Of a stretch of DNA of 64,000 nt, positions 24,965-35,186 are shown piece by piece. Under the pieces are notes generated by a model. That model was not told the origin of the DNA and did not search any database. It worked only from the letters and a program-made list of their open reading frames with translations. Position numbers and translations under genes: made by a program. The stretch is from a virus (taxonomy: Duplodnaviria > Caudoviricetes). Where the stretch lies: positions 38,654-102,653 of the IMG/VR virus record IMGVR_UViG_3300035521_000139. One strand, 5' to 3'. Within the stretch, counting starts at the first letter, position 1. Every line of letters begins with the position of its first letter.

Positions 24965-26245
24965 ATGCAACTAAAATGCCCTATTTTATCTCCTGAATTA
25001 GATTCTGAAATAGAGAAACTATACAATAAAATTATAGAAGGTCCTTTAAAAGTATATGAAATATTTAAAGAATTTTATGGAGAAAACTTCGTAGATTTTC
25101 AAGGAGCAAAAACACTGGAAGATTTTAAACTTTACTTAGTAAAATCTGTTTTATATGTGCTTAAACATGAAATAACAGTAGATCCTTGTGATAAAGAGTA
25201 TATACAATATGAGGATTCTACTGAAACAATAATAGAATCTTTAAATAAATTCAATACTTATAATACAATTACCAATAACACTATAGGAAATTCTTATATA
25301 TTAGTTTATTTCCCAAAAGTAAGAGTTACTAATGAATATGATCATTTTGTAGATATTTCTAAATTCTTTGCAAAAATAAGCCTAACTACAGATGGTAGAT
25401 TAAAAGATAGTCCTAGATTTAATAGATCTGAATATACCCAAGCTCAGATTTTAAGTAGTTATATGCACAGTCACTTAAATGGTATTGATTTTTATAATCT
25501 ATCAACATTTAGATATGGTTGTTTAGGTACTGGTCCTATAGTACAGACTTGTAATAATCTTAAGAGAGAGTTTAATGAAAATCTTTGGGAATTATTTTGT
25601 TTTGAATTAAAAAATTATGTAGAAACAGAATCTGTTGCAGGTACTCCTTATATGCACTTGGAAAGAATAGGAAATTCAGAAGGAGGCGTCCCACTACACG
25701 ATTTCTGTGTGATAAACAAAGTTTTAAACTGTAGATTACTTAATTCTGAAGATAGAAGGGATTTCTTAGAATATCTTTTAAATAAGAAAGTATTAAAATT
25801 TAATTATTATAATAGTTCTTTTGGGATTGGAATGTCTTACTCTCAATACATGCTTTGTATAAGTAATGTGTTTATAGAATGGTATAATAAACAATATAAT
25901 GATAAAAAGATAAGTTTTTCATTCTCTAGATTAAAAGATGAAGGATTTATTTATGAAGGTTATATTAGTGAAAATAAAATTATAATACCTGATAATAGAA
26001 GAAGTATTAATAATTATAAACAATATATAGGGATTAAAATTTGTACTTTTAAAGGTAAAGATTATACATTTAATATTACTAATATTAAAGAAGAATCTAA
26101 AAATACTCTTTATTTTATAAATGATAAGTTTGCATTGTGGATATTAACGTCAATATTAAAAGTTTTAAATTTTAGATATGGAAGAAAAAGTAGCGAAAGT
26201 TCAGGAGACTCTACCGAAATTGAACCAGAAGTCATCTATTTATAA
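24965..26245 (+). CDS. Prokaryotic E2 (UBC-like) domain protein
   Basis: LVYFP...YMHSHL...GCLGTG (Cys186)...ES..GTPY resembles the E2 HPN...CL core; operon context. Confidence 0.6.
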   Translation: MQLKCPILSPELDSEIEKLYNKIIEGPLKVYEIFKEFYGENFVDFQGAKTLEDFKLYLVKSVLYVLKHEITVDPCDKEYIQYEDSTETIIESLNKFNTYNTITNNTIGNSYILVYFPKVRVTNEYDHFVDISKFFAKISLTTDGRLKDSPRFNRSEYTQAQILSSYMHSHLNGIDFYNLSTFRYGCLGTGPIVQTCNNLKREFNENLWELFCFELKNYVETESVAGTPYMHLERIGNSEGGVPLHDFCVINKVLNCRLLNSEDRRDFLEYLLNKKVLKFNYYNSSFGIGMSYSQYMLCISNVFIEWYNKQYNDKKISFSFSRLKDEGFIYEGYISENKIIIPDNRRSINNYKQYIGIKICTFKGKDYTFNITNIKEESKNTLYFINDKFALWILTSILKVLNFRYGRKSSESSGDSTEIEPEVIYL

Positions 26246-27362
26246 AATGATTATTCCTAAGGATGTAGAAAGTAAAATAAGATATACTTGCTCTAAAATT
26301 TCTAATATAGAGTGGTCGGGTATATTATTTTACACTTATGAAGGTAATTTTGAAGATGAGAGTCTTATCATTAGATGTGTAGACATCTTTATTATGGATA
26401 TTGGTACTACAGGATATACAGAATTTGAAATGAATCCTGATGTAATCAGTTATATGACAGAAAATCCTGAATTACTTAGTTGTAAAACAGGTTTAATTCA
26501 TTCTCATCATGAAATGAGTACTTTCTTTAGTCATACAGACACTTCTACTTTAGCATCTGAAGGTCATAGTACTAATAATTTTGTTTCTCTTATAGTAAAT
26601 AATGCAGGTACATATACTGCTGCTATTACTAGAAAAGTAAAATATATAAGAAATATTAATGAATTAGCTACTTATGAATTCTTTGATCAAGGTACTAAAA
26701 ATGCTCATAAAGAATACAAAGATATTCAAGATAATATTGAATGGTACTATCTTAAAATAGAGAAAGAAGGAGCTAATATATTTGAAGATATTCAAAATAG
26801 ATTAGATGAAATTCAAAAGTCTAAAGAAATTACTAAAATTAAACAACCAGAGTTAAGTTCTGAAAAGAGAGTTTTTCCAAAATTTAATATGGATGATGAG
26901 CCTACTTTGTTTGATGATTTAAATAAATCTAAGAAAGTATTAAATTCAATAAGTAATTGTATCAAGAAAGATAGCTTAAATACTTTAGAGAATATACAAG
27001 AAGAAGAATTAAAAAACTTTCATTTAAATGAAGATATACTTAAAGCATTTGTAGTTCAATTACTTACTGGAAGCTTATTTGTAGGAGTAGATAAATTAGA
27101 TATTGATAAATGGGTATCTAAGATGAAAGAGGTTTACTCTAGAAGATTTAAAAATGAAGAAAGCTTTAGTCAGTGGATATATACTTTTATTGACTATCTT
27201 ATATGGGAAATAGAAGATCCTGAATTAAGTAATTTAGGATTAAATAGTGATGAATTAGCCTATATTGTAGCTAATGATGCTATTAATGCTTTGAATAAAT
27301 TTCCACAAAATGTTTATATTAATGATATGATTGAACAACTTGAAAATTATTTAGTAATATGA
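26178..27362 (+). CDS. JAB/MPN (JAMM) metalloprotease
   Basis: EWSG plus exact HxH-x7-S-x2-D motif (HSHHEMSTFFSHTD). Confidence 0.9.
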   Translation: MEEKVAKVQETLPKLNQKSSIYKMIIPKDVESKIRYTCSKISNIEWSGILFYTYEGNFEDESLIIRCVDIFIMDIGTTGYTEFEMNPDVISYMTENPELLSCKTGLIHSHHEMSTFFSHTDTSTLASEGHSTNNFVSLIVNNAGTYTAAITRKVKYIRNINELATYEFFDQGTKNAHKEYKDIQDNIEWYYLKIEKEGANIFEDIQNRLDEIQKSKEITKIKQPELSSEKRVFPKFNMDDEPTLFDDLNKSKKVLNSISNCIKKDSLNTLENIQEEELKNFHLNEDILKAFVVQLLTGSLFVGVDKLDIDKWVSKMKEVYSRRFKNEESFSQWIYTFIDYLIWEIEDPELSNLGLNSDELAYIVANDAINALNKFPQNVYINDMIEQLENYLVI

Positions 27363-28240
27363 ATGAAAACAATGCAGCTATAAATGATGAATTATCATCA
27401 AATTTAACTCAAGAAGAAAATGAGCTACTAGTAGCAGCTACTGAAAGAGCTCATGAGGAAAATACCTCTACTGAAAATATTATTGAAGATAATCATGTTG
27501 AAATTCCAATTAATTCTGAAACATATAATATTGATGAAACTACCTCAAGATTTAGTTCGGCTACATGGTTTGAGGCTGTTCAACAAAAAACTATAATTCT
27601 TGCAGGATTAGGAGGAATAGGTAGTTTTGTTGCTTTTCTATTATCAAGAATGAAGCCTAAATCTTTATTCTTATATGATAATGATATAGTAGAAAGCAGT
27701 AATCTTTCAGGACAGCTATATAGAATGCAAGATATTAATGAACAAAAAGTAGATGCTATTAATTATTTTATAAGAAATTATTCTAATTACAATAGTGCTT
27801 TTAGTGTTCCGGAAAAGTTTTCTATATTTACAGAAGCTGCTGATATTATGATTTGTGGTTTTGATAATATGGAAGCAAGACAGACCTTCTTTAAAGTTTG
27901 GGAAAATCATGTTAGTCGTAAAGAGGATACTGATAGAAAGAATTGCTTACTTATTGATGGTAGATTAGCAGCAGAAGAATTTCAAATATTGTGTATCACA
28001 GGAGATGATACTTATAATATAAAAAGATATAAAACAGAATTCTTATTTAATGATTCTGAAGCTGATCAAACTATTTGTAGTTATAAGCAAACTTCATTTT
28101 GTGCTAGTATGATAGGTTCTATGATGGTTAATTTATTTGTTAATTTTATAGTTAATAATTTAAATCCAAATGTTCCTAGATATTTGCCTTTTTATACTTC
28201 TTATAATGCAGAAACTTTATATATTACAGCAGAACAATGA
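27359..28240 (+). CDS. ThiF/MoeB family E1-like activating enzyme
   Basis: GLGGIGS, DNDIVESSNLSGQ, CGFDNMEAR, IDGR, candidate catalytic Cys in TICSYKQ. Confidence 0.9.
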   Translation: MNENNAAINDELSSNLTQEENELLVAATERAHEENTSTENIIEDNHVEIPINSETYNIDETTSRFSSATWFEAVQQKTIILAGLGGIGSFVAFLLSRMKPKSLFLYDNDIVESSNLSGQLYRMQDINEQKVDAINYFIRNYSNYNSAFSVPEKFSIFTEAADIMICGFDNMEARQTFFKVWENHVSRKEDTDRKNCLLIDGRLAAEEFQILCITGDDTYNIKRYKTEFLFNDSEADQTICSYKQTSFCASMIGSMMVNLFVNFIVNNLNPNVPRYLPFYTSYNAETLYITAEQ

Positions 28241-28986
28241 ATTATTCATTATATAATACTTTTCTTAGTTTGTATTACAATGATTTTGACAAGGTTCCAG
28301 TACAAGAATATGGAATTAATCTAAATGATAATATTTGTTATCAAAGGTTTCTTCAAGTAGACTTAACTAAAGATTATATAGATATTCCTGTATTTGGTAA
28401 AGACTTAGTAGAAAGTCTGATGGTTGAAAAGCTAACCTATAATAAGAAAGTAAAAGCACTGGAAATACCTTTATTCTGTAGAAGTACAATAGTAAAAAAT
28501 ATGAAATCTGAAAAGATACTGGAGTCTTTTTTTAAGCGTAGTTTCAGTGATAGACTTTTAAAAATTGTTACTTTAACAGGAAAAACATATTATGGGGGAA
28601 AAGGAATTTTACTAGATTCTAATTATAATATAGTATTATTAGCTGTAGTAAGAGGTACTTGGAAGCTAAATGATACAAAAGGAATAAATTATAAACAATA
28701 CATAGTTAAACTTAGTCCAGATTTATTTTCAGAAAAGAAAGATGCTTTGTACAGATATATAGTAAATAAAGTAATGCCGTCATATATAGGACATGAAGTT
28801 AATACAGATTACTATAATAGAGGTATTAATAAATTATCATTAGAATCAAATAAAATAATATTTACAATTGAAAGTGATTTAAATAGGTATATTGTAAAAC
28901 CTAAAGTACCTAATATAAATACTACCAATGAAGATTATAATCAAGTACTTTTAGATAATATAGAGGACATTAAATTTTTATTATAA
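28237..28986 (+). CDS. Hypothetical protein coupled to E1
   Basis: ATGA overlap with the E1 stop; YYGGKGILLD segment. Confidence 0.7.
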   Translation: MNYSLYNTFLSLYYNDFDKVPVQEYGINLNDNICYQRFLQVDLTKDYIDIPVFGKDLVESLMVEKLTYNKKVKALEIPLFCRSTIVKNMKSEKILESFFKRSFSDRLLKIVTLTGKTYYGGKGILLDSNYNIVLLAVVRGTWKLNDTKGINYKQYIVKLSPDLFSEKKDALYRYIVNKVMPSYIGHEVNTDYYNRGINKLSLESNKIIFTIESDLNRYIVKPKVPNINTTNEDYNQVLLDNIEDIKFLL

Positions 28987-28990
28987 TAAT

Positions 28991-29512
28991 ATGAAAAGAA
29001 AATTTTATTTAAAAAACGGTGAAGAAGTAAATATTGGAGATATAATTGTTTCCGAGTACACTGAAGGTAATAGAAAGATTCATGAAGAAATTGAGATTAA
29101 TGATGATTCTATTCCTGAGTTGCTTCAAGATGAAATTATTCAAGTATCTTATGAAGATAATGCTCCTAAAAAGATTATTGAAGATCATTTAGCTTATTAT
29201 ATTATCAAACTAGCTGAAAGAAAAGGACTAAATTCTGAAGAAGTAGCTTGCATTTTAGATGATGTTGATAAACTTAATCCTTCAACTTCTTTTACTATTC
29301 TCCTAAAGGAGATTGCAATTGAATTTGATAAGAAATATTTAAATCATATTAGAAAATGTAAATCTATTTTTATAGTATCTTCAATTGATGGTAAAATTTA
29401 TAAAGTTGATAATGATATTAAGAACTTTAATAATTTTGCAGCATTTAGAACTAGGCAAGAAGCTGAAAGAGCATTGGAAATCTTGGAACCTGTATATAAA
29501 AATTTATTTTAG
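28991..29512 (+). CDS. Hypothetical protein
   Basis: 173-aa ORF ending in an AFRTRQEAERA motif. Confidence 0.7.
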   Translation: MKRKFYLKNGEEVNIGDIIVSEYTEGNRKIHEEIEINDDSIPELLQDEIIQVSYEDNAPKKIIEDHLAYYIIKLAERKGLNSEEVACILDDVDKLNPSTSFTILLKEIAIEFDKKYLNHIRKCKSIFIVSSIDGKIYKVDNDIKNFNNFAAFRTRQEAERALEILEPVYKNLF

Positions 29513-29515
29513 AAA

Positions 29516-29998
29516 ATGTCAGAAAATAAAAAGATTAGAAATGCTACAAAATGTAAACTAGGTAATATTACATTTAAATCTATGCTTGAGAAGATGGCTT
29601 ACAACTATCTTCTTGAGCAAGGATTTAATCCTTCTTATGAACCCAAAACATTTACTCTTTGGGATGGATTTACTCCTGTAACACCTTTCTATGATAGAGA
29701 AACTGATGCTCAAAGAAATAAAAGAGATCCTAACAGTCCTAAAATGCTTATTTTAAAAAAAGCAGGTATAGTAGGAATAAGATATACTCCTGATTTATAT
29801 TTTAAATATAAAGATATAGATGTTTATATAGAAATGAAATCTATTGAAAATGATGTATTTTATATAAAGAAGAAGTTATTTATTAAATACTTAGATAATA
29901 AATTAGAATATACAGGACAAAAATCAATTTATTTTGAAATATATACTAAAAAACAGTTAATGCAAGCTGTTGAAATAATTAAGGACTATGCAAAATAA
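29516..29998 (+). CDS. PD-(D/E)xK endonuclease (T7 endo I/DUF1064-like)
   Basis: FKSMLE...YTPDLY...IEMKS. Confidence 0.75.
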   Translation: MSENKKIRNATKCKLGNITFKSMLEKMAYNYLLEQGFNPSYEPKTFTLWDGFTPVTPFYDRETDAQRNKRDPNSPKMLILKKAGIVGIRYTPDLYFKYKDIDVYIEMKSIENDVFYIKKKLFIKYLDNKLEYTGQKSIYFEIYTKKQLMQAVEIIKDYAK

Positions 29999-31040
29999 AG
30001 AATTAAAAGATATTAGCTGGAATGTTACTGAAGAAGAATACAGAAAAGATCCTGCTTTAAGTTATTCCACTCTTGCTAAATATGAAAGGACAGGATTTAA
30101 TGGTTTAAATACTTTATTTGATAAAGTAGAATCACCTTCATTAACTTTTGGTAGTGCTGTTGATGCTATTATAACTGGAGGAATGGAAGAATTTAATTCT
30201 AGATTTGAAGTAGCTTCTTTTCCAAAGATTGATGATAGTGTTGTTAATGTAGTAAAAGAAATATTCAATGAATTTGGTGAAATTTATAATTCGCTTGATG
30301 ATATTGATAGTTCTAGCATTATTACTATTACTGAAAGAGTTAGTTATAGAGCTAATTGGAGACCTGAAACTAGGGTTAAAGTTATTAAAGAGCAAGGTAG
30401 TAAGTATTATGAACTATTAGGAATATCAAAAGATAAAATATTAATAAGTTCTGATACTTATAACGATGTAATGAATGCTGTAGATGCTCTTAAAAATAGT
30501 GATACTACCAGCTATTATTTTGCCCCTGATAATCCTTTTGATGATATAAAAAGATATTATCAATTAAAATTTAAAGCTAAAATTCAAGGAGTCAATTATC
30601 GTTGTATGTTTGATTTACTTATAGTAGATTATAAAAACAAAACAATACAACCTGTTGATTTAAAAACAAGTCATAAAAAGGAATGGGATTTTTATAAAAG
30701 TTTTGTAGAATGGAATTACCAAATACAAAATCGTCTTTATGCTAAAATTTTACAGGAAAATATTGAGAAAGATGATTTCTTTGAAGATTTCAAAATATTA
30801 GATTATAAGGACATTGTAATATGCAAAGATTCTCTTACTCCTTTAGTTTGGGATTGTCCTTTTACTAAAGAAGTTGGAACTCTTCTTTTTGGTATTTATA
30901 ATCAAATAGTAATGAGAGATCCTATTGCAATAGGAGATGAATTAAATTGGTATCTTACTAATAAACCTAAAACTCCTATTAATATAAACATAGGAAAAGA
31001 TAAAGGAAATAATTTGTCAGAATGGTTAAACACATTATAA
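29988..31040 (+). CDS. PD-(D/E)xK exonuclease (RecE/DUF3799-like)
   Basis: LSYSTL, FGSAVD, FDLL...DLKTS, YQIQ..LY. Confidence 0.8.
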   Translation: MQNKELKDISWNVTEEEYRKDPALSYSTLAKYERTGFNGLNTLFDKVESPSLTFGSAVDAIITGGMEEFNSRFEVASFPKIDDSVVNVVKEIFNEFGEIYNSLDDIDSSSIITITERVSYRANWRPETRVKVIKEQGSKYYELLGISKDKILISSDTYNDVMNAVDALKNSDTTSYYFAPDNPFDDIKRYYQLKFKAKIQGVNYRCMFDLLIVDYKNKTIQPVDLKTSHKKEWDFYKSFVEWNYQIQNRLYAKILQENIEKDDFFEDFKILDYKDIVICKDSLTPLVWDCPFTKEVGTLLFGIYNQIVMRDPIAIGDELNWYLTNKPKTPININIGKDKGNNLSEWLNTL

Positions 31041-31041
31041 A

Positions 31042-33222
31042 ATGGAAGTAATTAAAAGAAATGGTAATATTGAAGAATTTAATTTACAAAAAATTATTTT
31101 AGCTGTTAATAATGCTTTTAAAGAATGTAATTCTAAAATTCCGAATAAATTAATAAAAGCTCTGAATGAGTTTGGGACTCTATGTTCTCCCATAGAAGTA
31201 GAGGATATTCAAAATAGAATAGAGTTGCTTTTAATGAAATATAAATATTTCAAAGAAGCTAGAGCCTTTATATTATATAGAGAAAAACATAAAGAAACCA
31301 GATTTATTAGAGAAAGGCTAGATTACATGCACAAGTATGAAAATTCTAAAGATAATGCAGCTACTTCTTCAGAAACTGACTCTAATGCAAATGTAACTCA
31401 AAAAAATATTGCAAATCTTGAGGGTGAAGTGTATAAAGAGAATAATAGAATTATTCAAAGGCAAAGAATGAAAAATAAATTAAATGAGTTATTCCCTGAG
31501 GTATCAAAACAATATGAAAGTGACTTAAATAACCATATAATTTATACTCATGATGAAGCCACCACTCCAACATTAAAACAATATTGTATGGCAGTTAGTT
31601 TATACCCATTAATGTTGGAAGGTGTTGGTAATATTGACGGTATTACTCCTTCTCCTCCAAATGATTTACAGTCTTTTAGTGGTCAAATAACTAATTTAAC
31701 TTTTTTACTTTCATCTCAATGTAAAGGAGCCGTTGCTTTTGGAGAATATTTTATAGTATTAAATTATTATATTATTAAAGAATTTGGAAATAATTGGTAC
31801 AACAAATTAGACTGTATTACTACTACTGAACATAGTATCATTAAACGCACAATAAAAGATAATATTTATAAAGCTTTTAAACAGTTTATTTATGGTATTA
31901 ATCAACCAGCTGGAAATAGAAGTTATCAAAGTCCGTTTACTAATATAAGTTATTATGACAGTGTCTATTTTAACTCACTATTTGAAAACTTTTATTACCC
32001 AGACGGAACTAAACCTGAATGGAAAGCTATTGATACATTACAAAAATTGTTTATGAAGTTTTTTAATAAACTCAGAACTAAACAGATATTAACATTTCCA
32101 GTGGAGACAATGGCAATGGTACATGATGGCAATGATATTATAGATAAAGATTATAAGAATTTTACAGCAGAAATGTATGCAGAAGGACATAGCTTCTTTA
32201 CTTATATTTCTGATAGTGCTGACAGTTTGGCTTCATGTTGTAGACTCAAAAATGAGCTGACTGAAAACACTTTCAATCCTACTTCCGGACTTACTGGTGT
32301 TATGACTGGTTCATGTAATGTAATTACCCTAAATATAAATAGAATAATTCAAGATTGTATAAAAGCTTTTTGCAGTAATCCAGAAGATATTAAAGAATTA
32401 TATACGGAATTCTCTGAAAAGATAAATAATGGAATTAAGAAATACTTAATTGATATTCTTGAAAGAGTTTATAAATATCATATTACATATAAAACAATGC
32501 TATATGAAATGGAGGATAAAAAAATGTTTGCGTCTTCTAATGGTGGTTATATCTACATCTCTAAGCTGTATAGCACTATTGGGCTTAACGGACTGAATGA
32601 AGGTGCTGAGTTCCTTGGTTTAACTGTAGGTAACAATAAAGAATACTTTAAGTTTTTACAGCTCATTCTTAGTACTGTTAAGGAGCAAAATAAACTTCAC
32701 TCTATTCATGATAAGAAGAAACCTTTCCTATTTAATAGTGAAGTTGTGCCTGCTGAAGGATTAGGAAGTAAAAATTATAATTGGGATAAAAAAGACGGAT
32801 ACTATGTTCCTAATGATAGAAATTTATACAATTCCTATTTTTATAATGCTCATGATAATACTTCAGTATTAGATAAATTTATTCTTCATGGAAGAAAAAC
32901 TTATCAATACACTGATGGAGGAAGTGCTGCCCATATAAATCTGGAAGATCATTTAAGTAAAGAGCAGTATTTAAAATTACTTGATTTTGCTGTTAAACAA
33001 GGAACGAATTATTTTACTTTCAATATTCCTAATAGTAAATGTGAAAATTGTGGTTATATTACAAAACATCCAATAAAAGAATGCCCTAAATGTGCTAGTA
33101 AAGATATTACTCAATATACAAGAGTTATAGGTTATTTAAGACCTATAAAAGCTTTTGGAAAAGATAGACAGATAGAAGCTAGTAAAAGAATTTATACTAA
33201 TGTGCAAGATAAAATATGTTGA
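31042..33222 (+). CDS. nrdD: Anaerobic ribonucleoside-triphosphate reductase with ATP cone
   Basis: VIKRNG ATP cone, SCCRL, VPAEG, CENCG/CPKC, glycyl radical RVIGYL. Confidence 0.95.
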   Translation: MEVIKRNGNIEEFNLQKIILAVNNAFKECNSKIPNKLIKALNEFGTLCSPIEVEDIQNRIELLLMKYKYFKEARAFILYREKHKETRFIRERLDYMHKYENSKDNAATSSETDSNANVTQKNIANLEGEVYKENNRIIQRQRMKNKLNELFPEVSKQYESDLNNHIIYTHDEATTPTLKQYCMAVSLYPLMLEGVGNIDGITPSPPNDLQSFSGQITNLTFLLSSQCKGAVAFGEYFIVLNYYIIKEFGNNWYNKLDCITTTEHSIIKRTIKDNIYKAFKQFIYGINQPAGNRSYQSPFTNISYYDSVYFNSLFENFYYPDGTKPEWKAIDTLQKLFMKFFNKLRTKQILTFPVETMAMVHDGNDIIDKDYKNFTAEMYAEGHSFFTYISDSADSLASCCRLKNELTENTFNPTSGLTGVMTGSCNVITLNINRIIQDCIKAFCSNPEDIKELYTEFSEKINNGIKKYLIDILERVYKYHITYKTMLYEMEDKKMFASSNGGYIYISKLYSTIGLNGLNEGAEFLGLTVGNNKEYFKFLQLILSTVKEQNKLHSIHDKKKPFLFNSEVVPAEGLGSKNYNWDKKDGYYVPNDRNLYNSYFYNAHDNTSVLDKFILHGRKTYQYTDGGSAAHINLEDHLSKEQYLKLLDFAVKQGTNYFTFNIPNSKCENCGYITKHPIKECPKCASKDITQYTRVIGYLRPIKAFGKDRQIEASKRIYTNVQDKIC

Positions 33223-33670
33223 TTCTAAAATAGTATTTTCTGAAATACCTAATGAAATAACATTAGCAATATCAATTAGTGATTGCCAAATAAAATGTAA
33301 AGATTGTCATTCTAAATACCTTATAGAAGACAAAGGAACCTTACTTACTAAAGAAGAATTGTTTAAAATTATTAATGAAAATCAAGGAATTACTTGCTTA
33401 TGTTTTATGGGAGAAGGGAAATATCCAGAAGATATTAATTATTTAGCAAAAAAAGTACGAAATACTTTTAATCTAAAGATAGCTTATTATACTGGATATA
33501 ATAAAATTCCAAAAGAAATAGATTTAAAATATTTTGATTTCATTAAAATAGGCCCTTATATAAGTTCATTAGGAGGATTAAATAAAAGTACTACTAATCA
33601 AAGAATGTATTCTATAAAAAAAGGTAAAATAGATAAAGATATTACTTATGTGTTTTATAAAAATAACTAA
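33200..33670 (+). CDS. nrdG: NrdD activase (radical SAM)
   Basis: CQIKCKDCHS, KIGPY, TTNQR. Confidence 0.9.
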   Translation: MCKIKYVDSKIVFSEIPNEITLAISISDCQIKCKDCHSKYLIEDKGTLLTKEELFKIINENQGITCLCFMGEGKYPEDINYLAKKVRNTFNLKIAYYTGYNKIPKEIDLKYFDFIKIGPYISSLGGLNKSTTNQRMYSIKKGKIDKDITYVFYKNN

Positions 33671-33866
33671 TGATGAATATGCTTTAGAAAATGTGTGCTA
33701 TAGAATAAAAGAATTTAAAATATTTGGTATAGTCATATATCGTATTATAAACTCTACAACATCTAAATCGGCATTAGCTGAATTAGGAGATGACAGTGAT
33801 AACAAATATACAGTTAGTGGTTTTAAAATTAATAAAAATGAAAATAAAAGTAAAAGAAATAACTAA
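33648..33866 (+). CDS. Hypothetical protein
   Basis: Fills the nrdG-dut gap with overlaps at both ends. Confidence 0.5.
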   Translation: MCFIKITNDEYALENVCYRIKEFKIFGIVIYRIINSTTSKSALAELGDDSDNKYTVSGFKINKNENKSKRNN

Positions 33867-34368
33867 AGGTTGCGCTTTTGAAGCAACTAAAAAAGGTGAT
33901 TGGATAGATCTAAGAGCTGCTGAAGATTTAACTACAGGTTATCCTCAAGTAAGCAGTAGAAAAAGAATTACTGTAGATGGAGTTACTACAAGTTATAGAG
34001 ACTTAAAAATAGAAAACTATCTTATTCCACTTGGAATTGCAATGGAGTTACCTAAAGGTTATGAAGCTATTATGGCTCCTAGAAGTAGTTCCTTTAAAAC
34101 ATGGGGAATTACAGAAGCTAATTCTTTCGGAGTGATTGATAATAGCTATTGTGGTGATAATGATGAATGGAAATTGCCTATATTAGCTTTTAAACCATCT
34201 ACTATTAATAAAGGAGATAGAGTGTGCCAATTCAGAATTCAATTGAGCCAAAAAGCTACTATATGGCAAAAGATTAAATGGTTATTTACCAATAAAATTG
34301 AATTTGTGTGGGTAGACAGTTTGGGAAATGATGATAGAAGTGGATTTGGTAGTACTGGTAAACAATGA
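33838..34368 (+). CDS. dut: Trimeric dUTPase
   Basis: DLRA, PRSS, GVIDNSYCG, GDRVCQ, RSGFGSTG. Confidence 0.93.
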   Translation: MKIKVKEITKGCAFEATKKGDWIDLRAAEDLTTGYPQVSSRKRITVDGVTTSYRDLKIENYLIPLGIAMELPKGYEAIMAPRSSSFKTWGITEANSFGVIDNSYCGDNDEWKLPILAFKPSTINKGDRVCQFRIQLSQKATIWQKIKWLFTNKIEFVWVDSLGNDDRSGFGSTGKQ

Positions 34369-34853
34369 TTATATTAAACATTATTTTAATTTTGCTACTC
34401 ATATCTGTAGTAGCATTTTGTCTTAATGGCTATGAGGACTATAATAACAGTAGAATGTCTTTTAAAGAAGCTCTTGATTTAGTAGAGCTTCCTATATTAA
34501 CATTTACTGTTGGAGATAAAAAACTTAATTTAATGTTAGATTCAGGAAGTAATGTATCTTATATTAATGCTTCTGTAGTAGAAACTATTCCTTGTGAAAT
34601 AGCTGAATCTGAAATAGCTTATTTTACAGGAATTGATGGTGAAAAAAGAGAAACCAGTGCTATAAAATTAAATATGTTTTATAGAAATATTGGATTTGAA
34701 AATGTTTTTCATGTTTCATCTATGGAACAAGCTTTTGCAGATATTAAAGCATCTACAGGAGTACAAATACATGGAGTCTTAGGTAATAGATTCTTTACTA
34801 AATATAAATATATACTAGATTTTGAATCTTTATGTGCTTATAGTAAAAAATAA
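34365..34853 (+). CDS. Membrane-anchored retropepsin-like aspartic protease
   Basis: LMLDSGS, GVLGNRFF; N-terminal TM helix. Confidence 0.8.
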   Translation: MIILNIILILLLISVVAFCLNGYEDYNNSRMSFKEALDLVELPILTFTVGDKKLNLMLDSGSNVSYINASVVETIPCEIAESEIAYFTGIDGEKRETSAIKLNMFYRNIGFENVFHVSSMEQAFADIKASTGVQIHGVLGNRFFTKYKYILDFESLCAYSKK

Positions 34854-34856
34854 AAA

Positions 34857-35183
34857 ATGAATAATTTTTATACAAAGAAAGATAAATTTCCTAGTAATGC
34901 AGTTACAGCACAATATCTAATAGATTATTTAAATAATTTAAGATTACCAAAAGATATAACATTAGATGATGTTGTAATAGGTATAAGGGCTGTAAATGAT
35001 AATAAAGAAAGTAGAATTATTCCTTGTTTTAAAACACAACTTGTTTGTTCTTTAAATGGACTAGTTATAACTGTCTTAAATGTTAATATTAAAACTCATA
35101 AAAGAACAATAAAAGAAGAAATTATTAAAACTAGCAAAATTATTGATGACTATATAGATAACAATGGAAGAAAAATATTATAG
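34857..35183 (+). CDS. Hypothetical protein
   Basis: 108-aa ORF. Confidence 0.65.
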   Translation: MNNFYTKKDKFPSNAVTAQYLIDYLNNLRLPKDITLDDVVIGIRAVNDNKESRIIPCFKTQLVCSLNGLVITVLNVNIKTHKRTIKEEIIKTSKIIDDYIDNNGRKIL

Positions 35184-35186
35184 TTT

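Noticed and set aside
27359-28240. ThiF as a thiamine or molybdopterin biosynthesis gene
   Set aside because: No ThiS/ThiG/MoaE or sulfurtransferase neighbours; the context is JAB + E2-like + Ubl
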